Below are positions 40,797 to 50,377 of a stretch of DNA of 64,000 nt, piece after piece; positions within the stretch are counted from its first letter, which is position 1, and the number at the start of each line of letters is the position of its first letter. The DNA lies in the NCBI GenBank assembly GCA_965216565.1, contig OZ244170.1, forward strand, positions 768,001-832,000. The letters run 5' to 3'. The notes under the pieces are model-generated. The model saw nothing but the letters and a program-made list of their open reading frames with translations. It had not been told where the DNA came from and made no database searches. The stretch comes from Bythopirellula sp. GTDB taxonomy: Bacteria; Planctomycetota; Planctomycetia; Pirellulales; Lacipirellulaceae. The position numbers and the translations under genes were made by a program.

Positions 40797-43700
40797 TTAA
40801 ATGCGCTTTAGTGAACTGAATACCTGCGGAAGCAGTTTCTCATCCAGCCACTGACCGTCATGAGGGTAGCCTTCCCGCTGGCTCGCAACCGTGGCAAGTT
40901 CCCTGTCCACGGTCGGTTCGACCAAGAGGTTAGTAGACTCGAATACCTTGTCGCGTGTGGTTTCATGTAACTGGGGAGTTTCGTCGATCAATGTGGTTGG
41001 CTGCTCTTCGGGGCTGTGGAACAACTCCCATGCGATCGCTGCGTCGATCAAGTCATCTGTTGATGCATTCGCAGCCGGCGATTCGAGTGCGAGGGATTGG
41101 ACAGGTGCACTATCTAAACTGGCTGCCAAAGGTGCGGGCTGACCATACTGCAATTCCCACACGCCAAGATCGTCGCCGTCGGCATCCAGGTCGTTATCGG
41201 CATCGCCGTCGGGTCCGTAGGCAGTCGCGAGGCCGACTCCCTGTTGCCAGGCCAGAAAATCGAGTCCGGTGACCAAGCCATCCTGATCGAAATCGGCCGT
41301 GACGACCTGCACTTCGAAGGCGCCGATATCTTGCACACCGTTGGAGATGCGTGCGAATCCCTCGCCCCGTTGATCGAACGTCGGGAGCAAACATCCAGAG
41401 TGCTCTCCCGTATCGACGGCGGCACCGTCGGCAAGTAGGGCCACTGTCTGCGTCGGACCGCCGTTATCGGCGAGCACGCCGGTCGGCAGAAGTGCGGAGA
41501 GGCCAGAGCTGGTAATCACTTCGGCTGTCGCTGCAAAAATGTCGGCAGGCGTTAAGCCTGTCTCTACGATCGTAGTGCTATCGAAGCGTGTGTCACCGAC
41601 AATGCCATGAGCCTGAAGGAGTGCTACAACATTGATGTCGTCAGAGGATTCTTCAAGGAGGATGGTGTCAAACGCGACGTTGCTAGTGACCATGCTGTTG
41701 GAGAGCGTGAGGGTCGATAATGTGGAAACTCCGCCGCCCGCAAGATCATCGCCCCCCTCAACGGTATTGCCGGCGACCGTGCTGCCCACCAGGATCACGT
41801 TTGTGCCAGAGATTCCTCCTCCTGCCGAATCATCGGAGCCAAACGCCCAATTTCCACTGACCGTGCTGTCTTCTAATGTGACGTCAAGTATGGCGGCGAT
41901 ACCCCCACCACGGGCGAATAGTCCACTGGCCAAATTTCCGCTCACCGTGCTGCGTAGTAGCGTGAAGTTTTTCGCCCCGTAGATTCCCCCGCCTCGAATT
42001 TTGGCCGCGTTGCCAGAGATCGTGCTGTTCTTCAAATTAAAGAGTCCATCGCTACTGATCGCCCCGCCCACTCCGTCGACGTCGCCGCCGGTTAGTGTGA
42101 GTCCAGAAATCTCCACACCGACACCTGGAACAACTACATTAGCGATTTGAAAATGGCGGTAGCCGTCGAAGGTACCAAACATGTTGTCGGTGCCATCGCC
42201 TGCGTCAATCGTCAAGAGATCGGCCCCGGGGCCGTTGATGGTGAGTTCGTCGAGGATGAGAGGAAGTTGCGAACCGATCTGGATCACCTGCTGGGTACTA
42301 AACAATGGATCGGCGAAAGTAATGACGTTAGCGCCCGCCACTTCGTTGGAAAGGATGATCGCCTCGCGGAGGGAGAGTTGGCCGGGAAAGAAAACTCCAT
42401 CGACAACGTCCGACACTGTCGAGACGATCAGCCCTTGGGATGGAAGCACCGCGGGAGTTTCGACGGCTCCAATATCGACCCGTCCCGCTAAGACTCGAGG
42501 AAACCCAACGCCTCGCTGGTCGTGGAAGACTAAACTGTCGTCGAAATTGGGGTCGCCCGCGTTGACTACGGCACTAATCGATAGAGGAAGCTGCGTGCGG
42601 GTAGGTCCACCGTTATCGGCTAACAGACCAATCAGCGGCTGGTTGTCGATATTGACAATATTGTTGCCTCCCAGCGGCGGCACATCTGGACCAAAGTAAT
42701 TGAATTGGCCCGCAAGGTTTCCGGTGCCTTCCAGGTTGTTTGCAGCTCCACCCGCCAGCTCGTTCCCCGACAGGATCGTGTTGTTCAGTGTGAGCCCGCC
42801 CGGCGCGCTCCGCTTTTCGATACCACCGCCAAAGTTTTGGGCTGTGTTCCCTGTGATTGTCGAGTTGGCAATATCGATGTCGCCAAAGCCGCCGAACTTG
42901 GAAAGGCCACCGGCCCGGTCGGCCGTGTTGCCCGTGATCGTGGCCTGGGTGATGTTGGCAGAGGCTTCGCGGGTGAAAATGGCTCCGCCTTCTAGCGCCG
43001 AGTTTCCTGCGAAAGTGCTACGGGTGATGGTTAGCCGCAGCAGCGAAGTGCTGGCAGGCCCACCGGTATAGATGGCCCCGCCGCGACCTTGCCCGCCCAG
43101 GGCCCGGCTGTCGGTAATCTCGACCTGGTCGAGCGAGAGCACTCCCCGATTGTGGATGGCTCCCCCGCCACTGCCGCCGAGGGCATCTCCTCGGGTGAGA
43201 GTCAGCCCGGAGAGGGTCGCGTCGGTTCCCAATACTATGCTGAACAACCGCGACTGATGATTGGCGTCGATCGTCAGCAGGTCGGCGCCCAGTCCCGTGA
43301 TAACCACGTCTTCTGTTAGTTCCAGTTCGCCATCACTGAGTGTGATCGTCTGCGAAGCGAGCGCCGCGTCGAAAGTTATGGTATCGGTTCCCGACTGGAA
43401 ATTGGCGATGGCGACGGCTTCTCGCAGACTAAGTTGGCCCGCAGAGTAGTCCCCATCCACCACATCTGTGGCCGTGGATACCTGGAGGCTGCCGGGCAGG
43501 TCTGCCGGTTGGAGTTCGAATGCTCCGATGTCGGTCTGAATCGAGGGTCCAGAAATATTGGGAAAATCGTGAATCGCCTGACCACGCTGATCGAGAAATC
43601 CGAAAGGACTGTCTCCCTGGTCGATAGCGGCACTACCGGGAATCAAGGCATGCGTGGGAATAGCGCCACCATTAGACAGCAAAGCTCCCAGCTTGGGATC

Positions 43701-44618
43701 GCCACCGATGAGGTTAAAGGAGTCGACATTAAGAGTGCCGAAGACGTTTTCGAATGAGGAAGCCGAATTGCCAGCGATGATGGTGCTTACCACATCAAGA
43801 TTGCCGCCACCGCTCTTAGCAATTCCGCCCCCCAGATTTCCGGCGGAGTTGTTGAAGATGGTGCCATTGTTGAGGACCGTCGCGCCGAATGCTCCGATGC
43901 CTCCCGCGTTGACCTCCGCCGTGTTGAGTGAGACGGTACTGGTTTGCAGATTGAGCGTTGCTCCTGAGCGAGCCAAAATCCCCCCGCCATCGCCACCAGG
44001 TTGACTGACGGGCAAATTCTCGTCGGTTCGCACATGATTGTCGGCGATTGTACTTGAATTGATCGACAACGCACCCGACTGCTGCAATACTCCGCCACCG
44101 TAAAAGGCGTAATTCTCGGTGATGAAAACTTGATCAAGCGCCAGGTCGGCATCAGCAAAAATAGCCCCGCCGTCCAAGTCCAATGTATCGACGTCGCCAC
44201 CAGTCAGTTTTAGTCCACTAATCGTGGTAGCCGCTTCGACGCGGAACACTCGGAAACCGTCCCCGGTGCCCGCGATGTTATCGCCGCCGTTTCCCGCGTG
44301 GAGGGTGACCTTGTCTGCGCCTGTGCCGTTGATCGTGACGTTGTCGGTGATCGTCGGCAACTGCGAGCCTAGATTGATTGTGCCCACCACTCCGGAATCG
44401 AACTGGATGGTGTCTGCTCCGGGGCTGGCATTGGCGTCGATGATTGCCTGACGCAGACTCCCCAGCCCCGAGTCGGCCGTGTTCAGCACGTTAATCGTCG
44501 CCAACATGCGGCGATCTTCGAGCGCTTCTATCTGCAAGCGGCGAGCATACGAAGATTTTGCAAAAATATGTGAACTAAGGTTGGACAGTCGGGAACGAGC
44601 AGCAAGAGGTCGTCTCAT
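40797..44618 (-). CDS. Large secreted beta-helix protein (3 x CSLREA/choice-of-anchor-Q-like modules plus dockerin-like C-terminus)
   Basis: LEDRRMLA planctomycete signal, SLRQA/SLREA x3, GGAI repeats, NGGPT..DIGA.E x3 and ADFDQDGLVTGLDFLAWQ. Confidence 0.88.
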   Translation of the reverse strand: MRRPLAARSRLSNLSSHIFAKSSYARRLQIEALEDRRMLATINVLNTADSGLGSLRQAIIDANASPGADTIQFDSGVVGTINLGSQLPTITDNVTINGTGADKVTLHAGNGGDNIAGTGDGFRVFRVEAATTISGLKLTGGDVDTLDLDGGAIFADADLALDQVFITENYAFYGGGVLQQSGALSINSSTIADNHVRTDENLPVSQPGGDGGGILARSGATLNLQTSTVSLNTAEVNAGGIGAFGATVLNNGTIFNNSAGNLGGGIAKSGGGNLDVVSTIIAGNSASSFENVFGTLNVDSFNLIGGDPKLGALLSNGGAIPTHALIPGSAAIDQGDSPFGFLDQRGQAIHDFPNISGPSIQTDIGAFELQPADLPGSLQVSTATDVVDGDYSAGQLSLREAVAIANFQSGTDTITFDAALASQTITLSDGELELTEDVVITGLGADLLTIDANHQSRLFSIVLGTDATLSGLTLTRGDALGGSGGGAIHNRGVLSLDQVEITDSRALGGQGRGGAIYTGGPASTSLLRLTITRSTFAGNSALEGGAIFTREASANITQATITGNTADRAGGLSKFGGFGDIDIANSTITGNTAQNFGGGIEKRSAPGGLTLNNTILSGNELAGGAANNLEGTGNLAGQFNYFGPDVPPLGGNNIVNIDNQPLIGLLADNGGPTRTQLPLSISAVVNAGDPNFDDSLVFHDQRGVGFPRVLAGRVDIGAVETPAVLPSQGLIVSTVSDVVDGVFFPGQLSLREAIILSNEVAGANVITFADPLFSTQQVIQIGSQLPLILDELTINGPGADLLTIDAGDGTDNMFGTFDGYRHFQIANVVVPGVGVEISGLTLTGGDVDGVGGAISSDGLFNLKNSTISGNAAKIRGGGIYGAKNFTLLRSTVSGNLASGLFARGGGIAAILDVTLEDSTVSGNWAFGSDDSAGGGISGTNVILVGSTVAGNTVEGGDDLAGGGVSTLSTLTLSNSMVTSNVAFDTILLEESSDDINVVALLQAHGIVGDTRFDSTTIVETGLTPADIFAATAEVITSSGLSALLPTGVLADNGGPTQTVALLADGAAVDTGEHSGCLLPTFDQRGEGFARISNGVQDIGAFEVQVVTADFDQDGLVTGLDFLAWQQGVGLATAYGPDGDADNDLDADGDDLGVWELQYGQPAPLAASLDSAPVQSLALESPAANASTDDLIDAAIAWELFHSPEEQPTTLIDETPQLHETTRDKVFESTNLLVEPTVDRELATVASQREGYPHDGQWLDEKLLPQVFSSLKRI

Positions 44619-44936
44619 TGGGAGCCAATCTGAGCAAAAGACGGAAAGTGACGGAGTAGCGAAAAGTCGAAAAAGACATTCCGGCACCGAACTTATCGTG
44701 GAAAGCAGTATACCCGAAGATTCGCAGCAGAGTTGTTGATTGTGATCTGAGGTTGATCTGCGAATTCCAACTCCGTTGCTCAATGCAACTTCCATCCTGC
44801 GAGTCTTCGAGGCTGGTTTGCTAATGGCAGACGACTAAACGAGTTGCGTCGCTTTAGCGCGGAGCTGAAGCAGATAGAGGGAAGACCAGACAGACCGTAG
44901 TCTTTAATCCGATGAAGAATTCAGGCGCAGGGCGAG

Positions 44937-45470
44937 TTAAACGGCAGCGCCCATCTCACGTGCCTTCTGCACGCCTACAAAACCATCGCGAGCTTTGAGG
45001 CAGGTGTGGCGAAACGCCTCGGGGTGTGGCACGCCGAACAGTCGGAAAGTTTCAACGTCGCCATTTCGGAAAACCAGATCCCCGGCTGGATACCATCCCT
45101 GGCCTGGTTGAACATCGATTTCGACGGTGTCGAACCGATCGAGCGAAACGCTCTGTTGTTCTCCGCCACCAAAGGCTTGTTCGACTAAGACACGGCGATT
45201 CGTCAGCCGGTAGCGGCGACAAAAAGGATTTTGGACGCCGAACACCACGAACGGGACTCTTGGAAGAACCATCAGAAAATAGATTGGCAAGATGATCGGC
45301 ACCGAAAGGAGAGCCAGGATTGGCACGCCAAAAACGCTGATGCCGCTGGTGGCTTCGAACATTCGGCCCCACCAACGTCCAAACCCATTAGCCGCGAGCG
45401 ATGGCCAGACGGTCATCACCGTGACTTCTTTATCAAGATCGGACACTACACCCGCGATGGCTTGGGCCAT
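44937..45470 (-). CDS. Bacterial PH-domain membrane protein
   Basis: TM segment followed by RYRLTNRRV..GDLVF. Confidence 0.75.
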   Translation of the reverse strand: MAQAIAGVVSDLDKEVTVMTVWPSLAANGFGRWWGRMFEATSGISVFGVPILALLSVPIILPIYFLMVLPRVPFVVFGVQNPFCRRYRLTNRRVLVEQAFGGGEQQSVSLDRFDTVEIDVQPGQGWYPAGDLVFRNGDVETFRLFGVPHPEAFRHTCLKARDGFVGVQKAREMGAAV

Positions 45471-45575
45471 TTCTTCCTACCCATATTCCTAAGTTCGCAC
45501 GGAAACCAATTTCCTACACCCTGTGTAGGGACGTAAATTACCACACAGATAATATGTCGGCTAGGGGAGGGGGGG

Positions 45576-46577
45576 CTAGGTTCTAGAGCGAGACAGAAGC
45601 CCACCGACGAGGGCCCAGCTCAACAGGCTCACTATGCCCGGTTCGGGCACCGACGCGACCGCTGCCAAAGGTGCAGTCGTAGCCCCGGCAAACGTTGAAA
45701 TACTCGAACCTGCTTGAATTTGCCACTCCAGAAAATCAAGTCCATCCACGCGTGTGTCAAAATATGCGTCTCCGGCGATTTGCAGGGCAGCGTTCCCCGT
45801 TGTTCCGTAGCCGATATTCCATGCGGTCAGGTCGTCGGAATCGACGTCTAGATCGCCATCGAAATCGGCACTGTAATCGGGTGCCAAGTCATCCAGTCGA
45901 TCATCCACCCAATCTTGGGCTGCGTTGCGGGCAGCAGTAGCAGAACCTAACGTGCCGAAAACTACATAAAATGGCTTGGAGCGGTCGAGGGAGTTCATGC
46001 GAGTACGCAGGGCAACCAGGTAAATCCCATCCACTGGGTTGGTACCGGAGACGCCGTCGTCCATTTCCCAGTCGCGATGTCGGTGTATTGCGCCAAGTTG
46101 ATCGGTGTTTTCGAAGATTGCCCCAGTTTTTAGAGTCGGTGAACCGTCAATGATAACGAGCCCACTGGCTAATGTTTCGAGCGCGAATAGATAATTCGCG
46201 GTCGGAGTCGCACCAAAATCGACACTCCCCACGCCATCCCAATACATAAAGTTGGAAGTGTAACCGTCAATCTTCATCGGTAAAAAGTCGAACTCCAGGC
46301 CTGTGTTGGCCGGTAGGGCTTCAGCATCGGCAGGCATGTCTGGGTTGCCAACTCCCAATGAATTCCAGCCGGGATCGTTGATCGAAAAATTGCTATCGAA
46401 ATCTAGGGCATAGGTGCGTTCTCCCAGGGTCCACTGATTGGAACTAAAATCTGCACTTCCGTTTGTCAATCGACCGGAGAAGTCTTGCACCAAGATGTCC
46501 GAATGCTGGGCCAGCGCGAGCATGGGCAAACCAGCTAGCGTAATGAAAGTGAGAATGGCATATCTGACTGAATACAT
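45576..46577 (-). CDS. PEP-CTERM protein with His-motif domain and dockerin-like repeat
   Basis: Signal peptide|QHSD, YWDG, IHRH, DGIYL, ADFDGDLDVD and VPEP+TM. Confidence 0.85.
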   Translation of the reverse strand: MYSVRYAILTFITLAGLPMLALAQHSDILVQDFSGRLTNGSADFSSNQWTLGERTYALDFDSNFSINDPGWNSLGVGNPDMPADAEALPANTGLEFDFLPMKIDGYTSNFMYWDGVGSVDFGATPTANYLFALETLASGLVIIDGSPTLKTGAIFENTDQLGAIHRHRDWEMDDGVSGTNPVDGIYLVALRTRMNSLDRSKPFYVVFGTLGSATAARNAAQDWVDDRLDDLAPDYSADFDGDLDVDSDDLTAWNIGYGTTGNAALQIAGDAYFDTRVDGLDFLEWQIQAGSSISTFAGATTAPLAAVASVPEPGIVSLLSWALVGGLLSRSRT

Positions 46578-46659
46578 GATGATCTGTTCCTGTTATTGAA
46601 TTCTAAAAACAAGGCGGCCCAGTCCCTACGAGTTGGCCAGGACCGCCTTGTGCTAAAGA

Positions 46660-47508
46660 CTAGGATTTCGTTGTCCTATAACGCGAAACAGCAGTAAGTC
46701 CCAGTGCCATAAATGCAATTAAGCCGGTTGTCGGCTCGGGAACGACAATGTTGTCTTCCACGTATTCAACGGCTTCTTCATAAAAGGCAAAGTCTTTGCC
46801 CAAAGCCACTGCATCCGTGGTGTTTCCTTCTTCCAGTGCTTCTAGAGCCTCTTCCACTTCGTGGGCGTCTGCCCCATTGGTGATCAGTTCGTCGACCAGC
46901 AACACGACATAGAAATTGTCGGAGGTTGTCAATGTGTCGACATCGACCACGGGTGAAATTAGATAGACACCGTCAGCAGGAATCGCATTGGGATCTGAGT
47001 TTTCGAGAATAAACTCCGGATGACCATCCAAAAAACCGTTCGAGTTTGTCGTTGCAAAGCCTGAGGAAGGCTCGAACTCGAACGTTGTATTCACCGGTGC
47101 GGGACTGAAATCTACAGCACCGATTCCATCCCAATAGAATAGGTCGGAAGATGCGCCATCCACCGTGAAAGTGGTGGCAGTGGCACTGACGTCGGCCAAG
47201 CCAGGCAATGCGCTTGCGCCTAGTGCAGCCAGCTCGGCGGGATCGCTATAAAATCCTGGTTCATCAGACTCGTAATCGGGAGGATCAACGAGTCCAGTTC
47301 CCGGAATCATGATCGATTCGAAAGCGCTGACTCCCAGGCTGAACAATTCGTTATTCGGATCGCCGATGTCTTCGGCAGAACCAACCGCTACTTGTCCACC
47401 TACGTCAGCCAGCAACACGTCGCTGTGCTGAGCGTAGACGGCCGAGGAGGGGGCCATCACAAGAGTAATCGCTAGGATTAGTTTTGGGTCTTTAATAGTT
47501 GAAAACAT
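46660..47508 (-). CDS. PEP-CTERM protein with His-motif domain (paralogue of its neighbour)
   Basis: Signal peptide|QHSD, YWDG, LDGH, DGVYL and VPEPTT+TM. ATG at 47508. Confidence 0.85.
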   Translation of the reverse strand: MFSTIKDPKLILAITLVMAPSSAVYAQHSDVLLADVGGQVAVGSAEDIGDPNNELFSLGVSAFESIMIPGTGLVDPPDYESDEPGFYSDPAELAALGASALPGLADVSATATTFTVDGASSDLFYWDGIGAVDFSPAPVNTTFEFEPSSGFATTNSNGFLDGHPEFILENSDPNAIPADGVYLISPVVDVDTLTTSDNFYVVLLVDELITNGADAHEVEEALEALEEGNTTDAVALGKDFAFYEEAVEYVEDNIVVPEPTTGLIAFMALGLTAVSRYRTTKS

Positions 47509-47680
47509 TATTCTGTATAACCTTAGTTGAATAATCAGGATGAACTTAAAAATATCTGCTGCGCAGTGATGCACAGGACAGTAACTCTTTCGAAGTACTG
47601 AGCACGCCGGCGCGCACTCGTAACACTGCAACCAGAGAGTGGTTGCAAAATTGAAAATCGCGTTGCGAATAACCTGATGT

Positions 47681-48421
47681 CTAGCGAACTACAGCCTGCG
47701 CGAAATTGGAATTCTGGTCTCCCTCATCGCACCAAGCGGCAATATCATCCGCCGGAATCGATTTGACATGGCCATCCGCGTAAAGATAGTTAGCTACGTC
47801 GCCCTGATGACGGGTGACTGCTAACTGGCTCTGCACGGCTTTCCAAACGAGACCTTCGTTATCCTTGTCGTAGACATTCGTTTCGCTAAACCAAGTATCT
47901 GACTCCACATGATCGAACCTGGTTCCGAGGCCGAATTGATTTGCCTCGAACATCAGGATCGTATTGTGAGTTTGCGCCAGATGATTGAAGTTGTCAGCGA
48001 AGCCTGGGGGGCTGTCGACAAAATCTCCACCCAATGTCGTCTTGGGCGGCGGAGGTTCAACGAGATAACCGTTCATCGCATAGCTGGTCCCCGGAAAGTC
48101 CGGGGTTTTCGCCTTCTCGATGAGTTCGATGTCTTCCGGGCAGAACCGCATCTTGTCTACGTTCTCCAGCCAAGGAGAAAGCTCATAGATCCAAGAACGG
48201 TCCTTCGCATGATTATGGCTTGTTAGCGGGAACATCCCGTCGTGCGTATCCACATGTTGGTGAATCGCCAATCCGATTTGGCGCATATTGTTCGCACATT
48301 CCATTCGTCGGGCAGCCCCACGGGCAGCCTGAACGGCAGGAAGCAACAAAGCAATTAGCACACCAATAATGGCGACGACAACGAGTAATTCGACTAACGT
48401 AAACCCATGACGCATGCGCAT
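47681..48421 (-). CDS. Short DUF1559 protein (pilin-like N-terminus, H-X9-DG-type motif)
   Basis: [22 protein letters not shown] and [24 protein letters not shown] before ATG 48421. Confidence 0.9.
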   Translation of the reverse strand: MRMRHGFTLVELLVVVAIIGVLIALLLPAVQAARGAARRMECANNMRQIGLAIHQHVDTHDGMFPLTSHNHAKDRSWIYELSPWLENVDKMRFCPEDIELIEKAKTPDFPGTSYAMNGYLVEPPPPKTTLGGDFVDSPPGFADNFNHLAQTHNTILMFEANQFGLGTRFDHVESDTWFSETNVYDKDNEGLVWKAVQSQLAVTRHQGDVANYLYADGHVKSIPADDIAAWCDEGDQNSNFAQAVVR

Positions 48422-48543
48422 GGTAGACCTCGAATAATTCGATTCTCTGAATCTCCTTGCATGATTGCCCTCGGTTCTATTTTTCGAAGGCAACAGCAAT
48501 AGACAGTCGAGCGCAGGCCCGACCGACAACTTCGCAACGCGAG

Positions 48544-48954
48544 TTATGCGAGAGGAGGACCGCGAGCGAGATGGCTCTCGGGAACAAAAAGAGGCGAAAT
48601 CTGCTCAGAGGCGGGGATTTCTGTACCTAGCTCGGTGACAACTTCGTCTAGGGTGAAGTCAAAGACGGGCGTCTGCGCCTGCGTCAAGAATTCGCAAATC
48701 GTGCAATCGTTTTCGATTGAACTGAATTTGGCCTGCTTGTGGCTAGCGAGGTGCGATCCACAGCATGCAGTGACGACAACACGCGAGCAGCTTTGCCCAT
48801 GACCAGCGTCTTCACAGGCAAGCTGAGTGCCGTGGTCGTGGTGAACGTGCCAGAGATCGTGCAGCCCGTAACCCAGCACGCCCGCGGAGCCATAAATCAG
48901 CAACAATACAGCGGCAATAAAGCGTTGCGGGCGTGATCGTTGGCAGGAGAACAT
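48544..48954 (-). CDS. DUF2946/CruR-like protein: TM, His/Cys-rich, CxxC, C-terminal RGPP
   Basis: [18 protein letters not shown]..43 aa..RGPPLA*. Confidence 0.78.
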   Translation of the reverse strand: MFSCQRSRPQRFIAAVLLLIYGSAGVLGYGLHDLWHVHHDHGTQLACEDAGHGQSCSRVVVTACCGSHLASHKQAKFSSIENDCTICEFLTQAQTPVFDFTLDEVVTELGTEIPASEQISPLFVPESHLARGPPLA

Positions 48955-49054
48955 GGGCCGGACTATATGCTAAGTGTACAAAAAGCAGTGCTCGAGTCTG
49001 CTGATTGTAGGGTCTTCGTGTGCAGAGGTCAATAAAAGTCCAGCCTAGTCGAAA

Positions 49055-49528
49055 TCAGGCCAATGGGGCGTCGTTTTGCTCGACCAAGGCACTCAGATAA
49101 AGCAGGCTGGAGCCTTCGGCCCGGTTTTTTCTGCTGGTCAGCATACTATGGGCAGCTTTCAGCACGTCGCGACGACTTACCTGTCCCATGAGCACACCAT
49201 CTTCCAAGACCGGCAGTCGTCGGTATGGCGTGAGCAAGAATAATTGCGCGATGGAAAGCAAATGGGTATCGGGCTCGATCGTCTGGGCCTCGGTATCCAT
49301 GAATAGGCGAACTTCGCTAGAGGGCAGTTGCTCGTAAGCGGCGTCCATTATGACCTGCATCGAACATTTCTCGGAGAAGACGCCCAGGTATCTGCCGTTA
49401 GAATCGACAACCGGGGCACCGGAGATGCGATTTCTCAGCAACATGCTGACTGCTTCCATGACATCCATTTCAGGACGCAAAGTGACGAGCTTCTTAACCA
49501 TGCAATCGCGAGCCGAAATTTGAGTCAT
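49055..49528 (-). CDS. CBS-pair domain protein
   Basis: ISGAPVVD..GVFSEK and RRLPVLE..GQVSRRDVL. ATG at 49528 with an AGGA RBS. Confidence 0.9.
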   Translation of the reverse strand: MTQISARDCMVKKLVTLRPEMDVMEAVSMLLRNRISGAPVVDSNGRYLGVFSEKCSMQVIMDAAYEQLPSSEVRLFMDTEAQTIEPDTHLLSIAQLFLLTPYRRLPVLEDGVLMGQVSRRDVLKAAHSMLTSRKNRAEGSSLLYLSALVEQNDAPLA

Positions 49529-49677
49529 TGCATTCTTCCTAACCAAGAAAAGTAAATAGTCTCGTGAGCAACCAGCAACCGAGAATGGCATTTGCTGAGA
49601 AAAGTAATTCCAGCTGCTCAGTCCCCAGCATAACATTCCTGGTAGAGGCACCGCCAGTAATGTTTGGCAAAAATGTC

Positions 49678-49721
49678 TCGTGAAAACTTTCACGAACCAG
49701 ACATCGTGAAAACTTTCACGG
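49678..49721. promoter_or_regulatory. Two tandem palindromic operator-like sites TCGTGAA-N4-TTCACG (Rex-box-like)
   Basis: TCGTGAAAACTTTCACG at 49678 and 49704. Confidence 0.6.
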
Positions 49722-49830
49722 GCGCGATCAAACTTGGCTAAGCAAACCTAGCCAAGCAATTGAGTAAGAATCGCTTCCACGCGTTCCTCGCCCCTTCGGG
49801 GAGAGTGTGGTACTTACTCGCAAGGTGAGT

Positions 49831-49913
49831 ACGAAATGGGGACTGGCTCGACGCTCGAACTCGGTTGGCCCCCTCGATGTACGCAGTGTCGTCTTGTCAG
49901 TCCCTTTTTTTCG
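49831..49913. repeat. Palindromic element family C, copy 3 (inverted)
   Basis: GGGGACTGGCTCGACGCTCGA...CAGTCCCTTTTTTTCG. Confidence 0.8.
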
Positions 49914-49994
49914 AGAGAAGTACGTGAACCAAGTAAGCAAAGTGGTACTCCTGTTCTCCACCCCACGTCTGAAATGGCTGGAAGGAGAACAACA

Positions 49995-50282
49995 ATGGAC
50001 CACAAGATCGATCCCAACCACATTCCGCATTGCGACGACCTTTCGCATTGGGCGCTCTTGGAGGGCAGAAGCGATGCAACCTCCCAAGACTTGCGGCAAC
50101 GCCACCGCCACGGCTCGCAATCCACCGCAGAAATGATTCAGACCGCGATGGGGGTGGTGGTTGTCATTGCTGTATGTTGCTTCTCCGCCTGGTCGGCTCT
50201 TCGCGGTGCAGATGACCGCACGGAGGAATCCCGCTTAGACGACGCATCGCTGGCGCAGCAAGAGTTCCACTTTCGGCCGTAA
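49995..50282 (+). CDS. Small single-TM hypothetical protein
   Basis: AGGAG RBS before ATG 49995 and one hydrophobic segment. Confidence 0.6.
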   Translation: MDHKIDPNHIPHCDDLSHWALLEGRSDATSQDLRQRHRHGSQSTAEMIQTAMGVVVVIAVCCFSAWSALRGADDRTEESRLDDASLAQQEFHFRP

Positions 50283-50377
50283 ATTCCGTAACCCGATCGA
50301 TCCGTTTTACTTGCGGTCAGTTCAAGTTTGCAGGAACATAGAGGAGTAACTAAACCGTACCTCTTGCAGACTGAAAT

